A DNA stretch of 50,184 nucleotides from Candidatus Eiseniibacteriota bacterium. GTDB taxonomy: Bacteria; Eisenbacteria; RBG-16-71-46. The position numbers were made by a program, and so were the translations under genes. Shown in pieces: positions 26,763 through 34,566 of this stretch (position 1 is its first letter; each line of letters begins with the position of its first letter). The notes beneath the pieces were generated by a model. That model was not told the DNA's origin. It did not search any database and worked only from the letters and a program-made list of their open reading frames with translations. The stretch lies in NCBI GenBank assembly GCA_041492985.1, contig JBGPXY010000002.1, positions 1-50,184 on the forward strand, in the 5' to 3' direction.

Positions 26763-26939
26763 AGCGGGGCGCCGCATCGCGAGGTGCTGCGTCGCAGATC
26801 CACGCGTGGCGCCGTGGATCGGGACACGACGCACGGCGCGGGTCCGGACATGACGGCCGTCCGGCGGCTCCGAGTCACCGCTGCACACTCGTGCAGCCTG
26901 CGCCGCCGATCTATTTTCGTCGGCCGCGCAGATTTCCTT

Positions 26940-26968
26940 TTGACAGGGTGGGGATCAGCCACTACCTT
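26940..26968 (+). promoter_or_regulatory. candidate sigma70-type promoter of the dcw operon (Pmra-like)
   Basis: TTGACA (26940-26945), a 17-nt spacer, then TACCTT (26963-26968). It lies 89 nt upstream of the mraZ ATG in an otherwise GC-rich spacer. Confidence 0.5.
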
Positions 26969-26977
26969 GCCTCTCCG

Positions 26978-27032
26978 TGGGGAGAAATGGGGATTTGTGG
27001 TAGTCGATGGTGATTCATGGTAGTCGTTGGCG
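26978..27032 (+). promoter_or_regulatory. array of six 10-bp-phased TGGNN direct repeats, candidate MraZ operator
   Basis: TGGGG at 26978, TGGGG at 26988, TGGTA at 26998, TGGTG at 27008, TGGTA at 27018, TGGCG at 27028. The spacing is exactly 10 bp. The array sits between the putative -10 box and the mraZ RBS (GAGGG, 27043-27047). Confidence 0.6.
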
Positions 27033-27056
27033 ATCCACTTCTGAGGGCCGCACCCG

Positions 27057-27518
27057 ATGCCGTCGTTCGTCGGCACCTTCACGTACGCGATCGATCACAA
27101 GGGTCGCATCGCGTTCCCTCCGTCGATGCGGCGCGGCGCTTCTCCGCGTAAGCCCCTCACCACCTTCTTCCTCAATCGCGGCTTCGACAACTGCATCGCC
27201 GTGTACACGCCGGACAGCTGGCAGCGCATGCTGGAGAAGATCCGCAGATTCTCACCTGGAGATCCGAAAGCGCGCGCGTTCAAGCGCGCGTTCCTGATGG
27301 ACGCGATGGAAGTGACGGTGGACTCCCAGGGACGGGTCACGATCCCACCGGCACTGATCACCCATGCAGCGCTCGGCAAGGAAGCCATGCTGCATGGGTC
27401 TGATACCGGCATCGAGATCTGGAATCCGCAACGCTTCGCGGCGCTGACGGGGAAGGTGGTCGACACCCCCGGCGACTACGAAGACCTCGCCGCAGCGCTC
27501 TTCAAGGAAGAAGTCTGA
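27057..27518 (+). CDS. mraZ: transcriptional regulator MraZ
   Basis: Two MraZ/SpoVT-AbrB repeats: FVGTFTYAIDHKGRIAFPPSMR and VTVDSQGRVTIPPAL. It is the first gene of the dcw cluster. Confidence 0.95.
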   Translation: MPSFVGTFTYAIDHKGRIAFPPSMRRGASPRKPLTTFFLNRGFDNCIAVYTPDSWQRMLEKIRRFSPGDPKARAFKRAFLMDAMEVTVDSQGRVTIPPALITHAALGKEAMLHGSDTGIEIWNPQRFAALTGKVVDTPGDYEDLAAALFKEEV

Positions 27519-28003
27519 TGACCGTGCATCTGGACCCGCACGTCGCCCGCCCCGCGCTGGCGCTCAACCTCGAACTGAGCCATGGCCGGCCGGGCGCCTC
27601 CGCTCGCGTCGAGCTGCACGATCGCGTCATCGCCGAGTCCGGCCAGCCGGCGGGGATCTCGCGCCTCGCGCGCGTGGCGCTGCGGGGCTGCATCGACGCG
27701 GTGGCCGCCCGGCGCCTCGAGCAGGCGTTCGACGACCTGGCCTCGCGCGGGATCGAACAGGTGCTCGTCGACTGCGAGGAGCTGCGGCACATCGATTTTC
27801 GCATGGTGCCGGCGCTGGTGGCGGCACTCGACCGGTTCGAGGCCCGTTCGGGCGGCGTGGTGATGTGCGGGCTCTCGCGCTACCTCCAGGACGTGTTCCG
27901 CATGGCGGGATGCGATACCCGCCTGCGCTGCTGGCCGTCGGCGGCCGACCTGCTCCCCAGGGGCGCCTGCGCGCCGGAGCCGGGCCGTGAGTGCGCGTCA
28001 TGA
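27518..28003 (+). CDS. STAS-domain (anti-sigma-factor-antagonist-like) protein inserted between mraZ and rsmH
   Basis: High third-position G+C. The ATG overlaps the mraZ stop (TGATG), and the 3' end overlaps the rsmH start by 17 nt. The STAS-like pattern is LRGCIDAVAARRLEQAFDDL...QVLVDCEELRHIDFRMVPALVAALDRFEARSGGVVMCGLSRYLQDVFRMAG. Confidence 0.65.
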   Translation: MTVHLDPHVARPALALNLELSHGRPGASARVELHDRVIAESGQPAGISRLARVALRGCIDAVAARRLEQAFDDLASRGIEQVLVDCEELRHIDFRMVPALVAALDRFEARSGGVVMCGLSRYLQDVFRMAGCDTRLRCWPSAADLLPRGACAPEPGRECAS

Positions 28004-28913
28004 GCCGGTGCTGGTCGCCGAGACCCTGCGTTTCCTTCGGCAGGGAGCCGGTCTCTATCTCGACGCCACGCTCGGCGACGGCGGACACGCGGAAGCCCTG
28101 CTCGATGCCGAACCGGGGGCGCGCCTGCTCGGCTGCGATCGTGACGCGGAGGCCGTCGCCTTCGCGAGCGAGCGACTGCGCCGTTTCGGGGATCGCGTGA
28201 CCACCGCCCAGGCCACGTTTCGCGAGGTGCCGGCGCTGCGCGCGCGCCTGGGCACCGATCTCTTCACGGGCGCCCTCTTCGATCTCGGGCTCTCGTCGCG
28301 GCAGATCGACCAGCCCGAGCGCGGCATGAGCTTCATGCGCGAGGGACCGCTCGACCTGCGCATGGACACGGGCCGCGGCGCTCCCGCGTGCGAGCGGCTG
28401 GCGCAGGCCAGCGAGCAGGAACTGGCGACGGCGCTGCGCGAGCACGCCGATCTCCCGCAGGGCCGGCGCCTGGCCCGCGCCATCATCGCCGCGGCAGGGC
28501 AAGGGGATCTCCCCACGACCCGCGCCCTTGCGGAGCTGGTGGATCGCGTGCTGGGCGGCCGGTCCCATCCACGACGCACCGCACGCGTGTTCCAGGCGCT
28601 GCGCATCTGGGTGAACGACGAAGCCGCGGAGCTGGAGGCGGCGCTGGAGTGGCTGCCGGGAGCGATGTGCCCCGGCGGCGTGGTGGTGACCCTCGCCTAC
28701 CACTCGGGCGAGGATCGCAGGATCAAGCAGGCGCTGAGGGGTCGACCCGAGACGGCCCCGCGGCGCGTGCATCGTTTGCTGCTGGAGCGGCCTCCCGAGG
28801 GGCCGTGGCAGGAGCTGACCCGGAAAGTCGTGACCCCCTCGCTGGAGGAGAAGGCCGCCAACCCGCGCGCACGTAGCGCGCGGCTCCGCGCCTTCCGGAG
28901 GACGTCGGCATGA
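27987..28913 (+). CDS. rsmH: 16S rRNA (cytosine1402-N4)-methyltransferase RsmH
   Basis: HEPVLVAETLRFL, LDATLGDGGHAEALL, DLGLSSRQID and NDEAAELE motifs. GTG start at 27987. Confidence 0.93.
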   Translation: MSARHEPVLVAETLRFLRQGAGLYLDATLGDGGHAEALLDAEPGARLLGCDRDAEAVAFASERLRRFGDRVTTAQATFREVPALRARLGTDLFTGALFDLGLSSRQIDQPERGMSFMREGPLDLRMDTGRGAPACERLAQASEQELATALREHADLPQGRRLARAIIAAAGQGDLPTTRALAELVDRVLGGRSHPRRTARVFQALRIWVNDEAAELEAALEWLPGAMCPGGVVVTLAYHSGEDRRIKQALRGRPETAPRRVHRLLLERPPEGPWQELTRKVVTPSLEEKAANPRARSARLRAFRRTSA

Positions 28914-29347
28914 AGCAGGGATCCCGTCGCTCCCGTTCATCGTGGCGCGCATCCGAGATGCGCGTCGCCCGGCCCGGATTGTGGCTCATCGCCGCCGCCG
29001 TGGTCGGGATGTTGCTGGTCGAGGTGTGGGAGGGCTCGCGTGTGGCCCAGCTCTCGCTCGCGCTCGGCCAGAATCGGACGGCACTCGAGAAGGCGCAGAC
29101 GCGGCTCGCGTTCGTCCGCGCCGACTTCGAACGCCGCACCACCCGCGCCGAGACGGCCCCGCTCGCTTCCGGGCTGGGTCTGGCGCCGGCCGACGCTCAG
29201 CAGGTGGTCGCGCTGCCGTCCGCGTACCTGGCGGCGGGCGCGCCACCCTCCCGGGACGGAGCACCCGTCTCGATGCTGGCGTGGGCGGAAAGGGCATCGC
29301 GTGCGCTCGTGCCGGAGGCCACGGCCCGGGTACGCGCGGAGAACTGA
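28910..29347 (+). CDS. ftsL: cell division protein FtsL-like (bitopic, coiled coil)
   Basis: Located between rsmH and ftsI. It has a basic N-terminus, a single TM helix (LWLIAAAVVGMLLVEVW) and then a heptad-like region. ATGA overlap with rsmH. Confidence 0.7.
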   Translation: MKQGSRRSRSSWRASEMRVARPGLWLIAAAVVGMLLVEVWEGSRVAQLSLALGQNRTALEKAQTRLAFVRADFERRTTRAETAPLASGLGLAPADAQQVVALPSAYLAAGAPPSRDGAPVSMLAWAERASRALVPEATARVRAEN

Positions 29348-29479
29348 CGACCGACAATCCATAACGGATCGGGCGTCCGGACGATGTATGCCGGTCGCAC
29401 CACCGCACCGCGCTTGTGACGGCCCGGCGGTCTGCGTGAACCGCCGTTCCACGGAGGGAAGGAGTTGGCCCACAGGGAA

Positions 29480-31612
29480 ATGCGCAAGAGTCGGGTGCTG
29501 GTGGCTGCGGCCGGCTTATTATTGGGGCTGGTGGCGATCTGGCTGCGGGTGGGGTGGCTCCAGGTCGTGCGCCACGCCTACTACGCGGAGCGCGCCGATC
29601 TGAACCAGGAGCAGCGGGTCCTGCTGCGCCCGACCCGCGGCAACCTGCTCGATCGCGACGATCGCGTGCTGGCCCGCGACCTGTTGACCTATTCGGTGTC
29701 GGCCGCGCCCCGCGAGATGACGGACCCGCGCGGCACCGCGGACGCGCTGGCCGCCCTGCTGGGCGAGAATCCGCGCCGCATGCAGATGCTGTTCGCCCAG
29801 CGACCGCGATTCCTGTGGGTCAAGCGCCGCATCTCGCCCGCGCTCGCGGAGCGGATCGCCGTCCGCCACGATCGCGGCGTCTACCTGGCGACCGAGGTGC
29901 AGCGCGTCTACCCGCTGGGCGAGGCGTCGGCGGAGATCCTGGGGCGCACCGACCTCGACGACAGCGGCGTGGATGGACTCGAGCTGCAATTCGACGAGGC
30001 GCTGCGGGGACGCACCGGCTGGGCCACCCTGTTCCGGGACGGCGCCGGGCGCTCGCACGCCCTGCCGCGTGGCATGCGACGTCGTCCCGAGGACGGCGAC
30101 AACGTCGTGCTCACGCTCGACGCCGATCTCCAGTGCATCGTCGAATCCCACCTGGCCGCGGCCGTCGACACGCTGCGGGCGGTGCGCGGCTTCGCCATGT
30201 TCATGGACCCGCGCACCGGCGAGGTGCTGGCGGCGGCGGTCTCGCCGCACTTGGGTCCCGGCAAGGGGCGCAACTGGAACTTCACCGATCAGTATGAGCC
30301 CGGCTCCACCTACAAGGCGGTGGTCGCGGGCGCGGCCCTCGAAGAGGGGCTGGTGACCCCCGATCAGATGTTCGAGGCCTCCGCGACCGGGGCGGCGCTG
30401 GTGGCGCCGGGCGCCATGTTCCACGACGTGCACAAGCAGCCGCGTTACAGCTTTCGGGACGCGGTGCGGTGGTCGAGCAACATCGTCATGGGCAAGATCG
30501 GCTGCCTGGTCGGTGCGCAGCGGCTCTACCGCTATTCGACCGCGCTGGGTTTCGGCACCATCTCGGGCGTGACCTTTCCCGGAGAGGCCGGCGGCAAGCT
30601 GCGCAGCCCCGAGCACTGGTCGGCGCGGTCCGCGCCGACGATCGCGATCGGCCACGAGATCTCGGTCACTCCGCTCCAGCTCACGCTCGCCTACGCGGCG
30701 ATCGCCAATGGCGGTGTGCTCATGCGGCCGATGCTGGTGCGCGAGGTGCGTGACGTCTCGGGCACGGTGCTGCGGCGCTACCAGCCCGAGGCATCCCAGC
30801 GGGCGTTCAGCGAACGGACCAGCGCGATGCTGCGCGAGATGCTGACCGCCGTGGTGGACAGCGGGACCGCGAAGGCGGCGCGCGTGCCCGGGATCAGCAT
30901 CGCCGGCAAGACCGGGACGGCCCAGAAGTACGACGCCTCGGTCGGCACCTACGGCAAGGGGCTCTATCTCTCCTCGTTCGTCGGTTTCGTGCCGGCCGAG
31001 GAGCCGAGCCTGGTCGGGGTGGTGGTGATCGACGAGCCGCGCGGCAAGAAGTACTACGGTGGCGAGGTCGCCGCCCCGGTGTTCCGCGAGATCGTGCGGG
31101 ACCTGCGGCGCATGCCGCGCGGCCCGCTGGGGTCGGGTGTCCTGCAGGTCGCCAGCCGTCCGCCGGCCCCGGCGGCGGTCACGGTCCCCGATCTGCGGCT
31201 GCTGCCGCCCGCTGCCGCCGAGCGCCGGCTGGCCGGATACGATCTGCGCGCCCGCTTCGCCGGGTCCGGGCCGCGCGTGCTGGGACAGGAGCCGGCGGCC
31301 GGCTCGGCGGTCGAGCGTGGCGCGGCGGTCACCGTGTGGCTCTCGGCGCCCCAGGATTCGAGCGGGCTCAGCCTGCCGAGCCTGGTCGGACTCTCGGTGC
31401 GCACGGCGCTGCGCCAGCTGACGATGCATCAGGTGGCGGTCCAGATCATCGGCCACGGCACGGTGGTGCGGCAATCCCCCGCCCCCGGCACCCGACTTCC
31501 GCTGGCCGGTCCGTGCGTGCTCTACTGCGAGAACGTGCCCGCGACCCCGGCGCCGACCGGTGTCGCCGCGGTGGTCGCCGCGAGCGTGCCGCCGACGGGG
31601 GTGATCCGGTGA
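29480..31612 (+). CDS. ftsI: peptidoglycan D,D-transpeptidase FtsI (class B PBP) with two C-terminal PASTA domains
   Basis: TM anchor, PBP dimerisation domain, and transpeptidase motifs (STYK in YEPGSTYKAV, SSN in RWSSNIV, KTGT in AGKTGTAQ). Two PASTA-like repeats lie at the C-terminus. The ORF track starts at TTG 29465; ATG 29480 is preferred. Confidence 0.9.
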   Translation: MRKSRVLVAAAGLLLGLVAIWLRVGWLQVVRHAYYAERADLNQEQRVLLRPTRGNLLDRDDRVLARDLLTYSVSAAPREMTDPRGTADALAALLGENPRRMQMLFAQRPRFLWVKRRISPALAERIAVRHDRGVYLATEVQRVYPLGEASAEILGRTDLDDSGVDGLELQFDEALRGRTGWATLFRDGAGRSHALPRGMRRRPEDGDNVVLTLDADLQCIVESHLAAAVDTLRAVRGFAMFMDPRTGEVLAAAVSPHLGPGKGRNWNFTDQYEPGSTYKAVVAGAALEEGLVTPDQMFEASATGAALVAPGAMFHDVHKQPRYSFRDAVRWSSNIVMGKIGCLVGAQRLYRYSTALGFGTISGVTFPGEAGGKLRSPEHWSARSAPTIAIGHEISVTPLQLTLAYAAIANGGVLMRPMLVREVRDVSGTVLRRYQPEASQRAFSERTSAMLREMLTAVVDSGTAKAARVPGISIAGKTGTAQKYDASVGTYGKGLYLSSFVGFVPAEEPSLVGVVVIDEPRGKKYYGGEVAAPVFREIVRDLRRMPRGPLGSGVLQVASRPPAPAAVTVPDLRLLPPAAAERRLAGYDLRARFAGSGPRVLGQEPAAGSAVERGAAVTVWLSAPQDSSGLSLPSLVGLSVRTALRQLTMHQVAVQIIGHGTVVRQSPAPGTRLPLAGPCVLYCENVPATPAPTGVAAVVAASVPPTGVIR

Positions 31613-33153
31613 CGCTGGCAGCACTCCTCGAGGAGCTCGAGGTGGGAGCGGTGAGTGGACCGACCGATCGCGAGGTGTCGGCCCTGTGCTACGACTCGCG
31701 CCGCGTCTCGCCGGGTGCGGTGTTCTTCGGGCTGGGCGGACTCCGCGAGGACGGTGCGCGCTACGCGCGCCAGGCGCTGGCCGCGGGGGCGAGCGCGGTC
31801 GTGGTGTCGCACGGCACGGCCATCGACGGTGCCACGGTGGTGGAGGTCGCGGAGCCCCGCAAGGCGCTGGCGCAGGCGGCGGCCCGCTTTCACGGCCACC
31901 CGGAGCGCGCCCTCAAGGTGGTGGGCGTCACCGGCACCAACGGCAAGACCACGACCACCTGGATGCTCGAGTCCATCTTCCGCGCCGCCGGCTGGAGAGC
32001 GGGCGTGATCGGCACCACGGGCGTGCGGCTCGTCGACGAGCAGCGCCCCGCGTCCCTCACCACGCCCGAATCCCCCGAGCTCTTCGGTCTGCTGCGCGAG
32101 ATGGTGGAACGCGGGGTCCAGGCGGTCGCGATCGAGGTGAGCAGCCACGCGCTGGTGCAGCGGCGCGCCTTCGGGCTGGGCTGCGCGGCGGCGGTGTTCA
32201 CCAACCTGAGCCACGATCACCTCGACTACCACGGCACCATGGAGAGCTACCTCGACGCCAAGCTCATGCTGTTCGACGGGCGCAACGGGCCCACGGCGGA
32301 GCGCGCGGTCGCCATCGTGAACGCCGACGACGACTACGCGGATGTCGTGGCCGTGTCCGCGATCCGCGGCGGGCTGCGGGTGCTGCGTTACGGCATGGAT
32401 CTGTCCGAGTCGCCTCCGGAGGCGACGCTCGATGTGAGCGTGGAAGCCATCGAGCCCGTGGCCGAGGGCCTCGCGCTGCAGTTCTGGGCGGGCGTGCCGC
32501 GCGACCTTCGTCCCACCGGGTGGCGCGGGGACGGCGGCGGTGAGATCTCGTTCCGGCTGCCGCTGCTGGGTCGCTACAACGCCGCGAACGCCGCGGCCGC
32601 CTTCTCGACGGCGGTCGCACTCGGGATCCCCACCGACGTGATCGTCCGCGGCCTCGAGTCCATGCCCGCCGTGCCGGGGAGGCTCGAGCGCGTCGAGGCC
32701 GGCCAGCCGTTCCTGGTGCTGGTGGACTACGCGCACACGCCCGACGCGCTCGCGTGCGCCCTGGCGGCCGCACACGAGCACGCCACAGGTCGGGTGATGC
32801 TGGTGTTCGGCTGTGGTGGCGATCGCGATCGCGCCAAGCGCCCGCTGATGGGACAGGTCGCGGCCGCGGGCAGCGACCTGTCGTGGGTCACCAGCGACAA
32901 CCCTCGCAGAGAGGACCCGGCGGCGATCGCGGCCGACGTCCTGGCCGGCGCGCCCGGGCGCGGGCTGCTGCTGGAGCTGGACCGGCGCGCGGCGATCCGC
33001 GCGGCGCTCTCGGCCGCGCGCACCGGCGACGTGGTGGTCATCGCCGGCAAGGGCCACGAGACCACGCAGACGATCGGCGACCAGGTGCTGCCCTTCGACG
33101 ATCGCGAGGTGGCGCGCGAGGCGCTGCGCTCGCTGGCGACGGGGGGGCGATGA
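31609..33153 (+). CDS. murE: UDP-N-acetylmuramoyl-L-alanyl-D-glutamate--2,6-diaminopimelate ligase MurE
   Basis: GVTGTNGKTTTT P-loop. The DNPR motif (VTSDNPRREDP) is associated with meso-DAP specificity. GTGA overlap start. Confidence 0.93.
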   Translation: MTLAALLEELEVGAVSGPTDREVSALCYDSRRVSPGAVFFGLGGLREDGARYARQALAAGASAVVVSHGTAIDGATVVEVAEPRKALAQAAARFHGHPERALKVVGVTGTNGKTTTTWMLESIFRAAGWRAGVIGTTGVRLVDEQRPASLTTPESPELFGLLREMVERGVQAVAIEVSSHALVQRRAFGLGCAAAVFTNLSHDHLDYHGTMESYLDAKLMLFDGRNGPTAERAVAIVNADDDYADVVAVSAIRGGLRVLRYGMDLSESPPEATLDVSVEAIEPVAEGLALQFWAGVPRDLRPTGWRGDGGGEISFRLPLLGRYNAANAAAAFSTAVALGIPTDVIVRGLESMPAVPGRLERVEAGQPFLVLVDYAHTPDALACALAAAHEHATGRVMLVFGCGGDRDRAKRPLMGQVAAAGSDLSWVTSDNPRREDPAAIAADVLAGAPGRGLLLELDRRAAIRAALSAARTGDVVVIAGKGHETTQTIGDQVLPFDDREVAREALRSLATGGR

Positions 33154-34565
33154 CCGCGTTCGCGACCGAGCCCATGTTGACCCTGCCCGAGGTGGCGCGC
33201 ATGGCCACCGGGGACCTGGTGGTGCGCGAGGTGCCGGCGCGCGCCGACGAGCGCGAGGCCTTCCTGCGCTCGGGCGTCGACGGCGTCAGCATCGACACGC
33301 GCACGCTCGTGCCCGGGCAGCTGTTCGTGCCGTTGCGCGGCGGCCACACCGACGGTCACCGGTTCCTCGCCGAGGCGTTCCAGCGCGGGGCGGCCCTCGC
33401 CCTCTGCGAGCGCGAGCGCTATCCGGAGTGGGAGGGTCGCGAGCCCGGCCCGCTGGTGCTGGTGGACGACGCGACGGCGGCGCTGCAGCGTCTGGCGCGC
33501 CGCTACCGTGACGGCTGGCAGGGTCTGCTGATCGGCGTCACCGGCAGCGCCGGGAAGAGCACGACCAAGGATCTGGTCGCGGCGGTGCTCGGAGCGGCGG
33601 CACCCACGCTCAAGACCGAGGGCAATCTGAACAACCAGTGGGGCGTGCCGCTCACCCTCATGCGCCTGCGCCCCGAGCATCGCTCGGCGGTGGTGGAGAT
33701 CGCCATGAGCCAGCCGGGCGAGATCGCGCGGCTGGCGGCGATCGCGCGCCCCGACGCGGGGGTGATCACCAATGCCGGCAGCGCGCACCTCCAGGGCCTC
33801 GGCTCGCTCGAGGCGATCGCGCGCGAGAAGGCATCGCTGGCCGCCGCACTTCCGGAAGGGCGGCCGCTGTTCGCCGGCGCCGATTCGCCGCGGCTGATGG
33901 CGGCGCTGCGCGGGATGAAGGTGCGGGTCGTCGGCTACGGCCTGGCCGCCGAAGCGGCGGTGCGTCCGGAGACGCTCGACGATCTGGGTCCCGACGGCAC
34001 TCGATTCACGGTGGCCGGATTCCCGCCGGTCCACCTGCGCCTGATCGGCGCCCACCAGGTGCAGAACGCGCTGGCCGCCCTGGCGGTGGCACGCGAGTAC
34101 CGGATCGACCCGGCTGCGGCGGTCGCCGCGATCGAGGCGCAGCGACCGTCGAAGGGGCGCATGGAGGCGCGCACGCTCGCCGGGGCGACGTTGCTGGTCG
34201 ATTGCTACAACGCCAACCCGGACTCGGCGCGCGCGGCGCTGGCCACCCTCGCCGGCTGGCCCGGGGCGCGGCGGCGCATCGCCGTGCTGGGCGACATGCT
34301 CGAGCTGGGGCCCGAGGCGGGCCGGCTTCACCGCGAGACGGCCGAGGCGGTGCGCGATGCCGAGCTGTGGGCGGTCGGAGCCCATGCGGCCGACTACGCG
34401 GCCGGGGCGGAGCGGGCCGGCGTGGAAGCACGGGTGTTCGCGGACAAGGCCTCACTCGCCGAAGCCCTGCGCGGGACGCTGGCGCCGGGCACGGTGGTGC
34501 TCTTCAAGGCCTCGCGCGGCGCCGCACTCGAGGACGTCCTGGCGCTGCTCGGGGCGGAGGGCTGA
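33150..34565 (+). CDS. murF: UDP-N-acetylmuramoyl-tripeptide--D-alanyl-D-alanine ligase MurF
   Basis: GVTGSAGKSTTKDL P-loop and Mur ligase domains. Located between murE and mraY. ATGA overlap start. Confidence 0.93.
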   Translation: MTAFATEPMLTLPEVARMATGDLVVREVPARADEREAFLRSGVDGVSIDTRTLVPGQLFVPLRGGHTDGHRFLAEAFQRGAALALCERERYPEWEGREPGPLVLVDDATAALQRLARRYRDGWQGLLIGVTGSAGKSTTKDLVAAVLGAAAPTLKTEGNLNNQWGVPLTLMRLRPEHRSAVVEIAMSQPGEIARLAAIARPDAGVITNAGSAHLQGLGSLEAIAREKASLAAALPEGRPLFAGADSPRLMAALRGMKVRVVGYGLAAEAAVRPETLDDLGPDGTRFTVAGFPPVHLRLIGAHQVQNALAALAVAREYRIDPAAAVAAIEAQRPSKGRMEARTLAGATLLVDCYNANPDSARAALATLAGWPGARRRIAVLGDMLELGPEAGRLHRETAEAVRDAELWAVGAHAADYAAGAERAGVEARVFADKASLAEALRGTLAPGTVVLFKASRGAALEDVLALLGAEG

Positions 34566-34566
34566 G

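Noticed and set aside
26784-27023. 79-aa plus-strand ORF inside the glycan-dcw spacer. Overlapping ORFs 26714-27082 (minus) and 27007-27297 (plus) are similar.
   Set aside because: There is no RBS, and the composition is Arg-rich and junk-like. The ORF runs through the predicted promoter and the MraZ repeat array. The region is better explained as regulatory DNA.
29348-29479. Possible regulatory RNA or terminator in the unusually long ftsL-ftsI spacer, for example the GGCGGT/ACCGCC stem at 29426-29445.
   Set aside because: The stem is only 6 bp with no U-tract. There are no convincing promoter hexamers. This cannot be distinguished from chance in GC-rich sequence.
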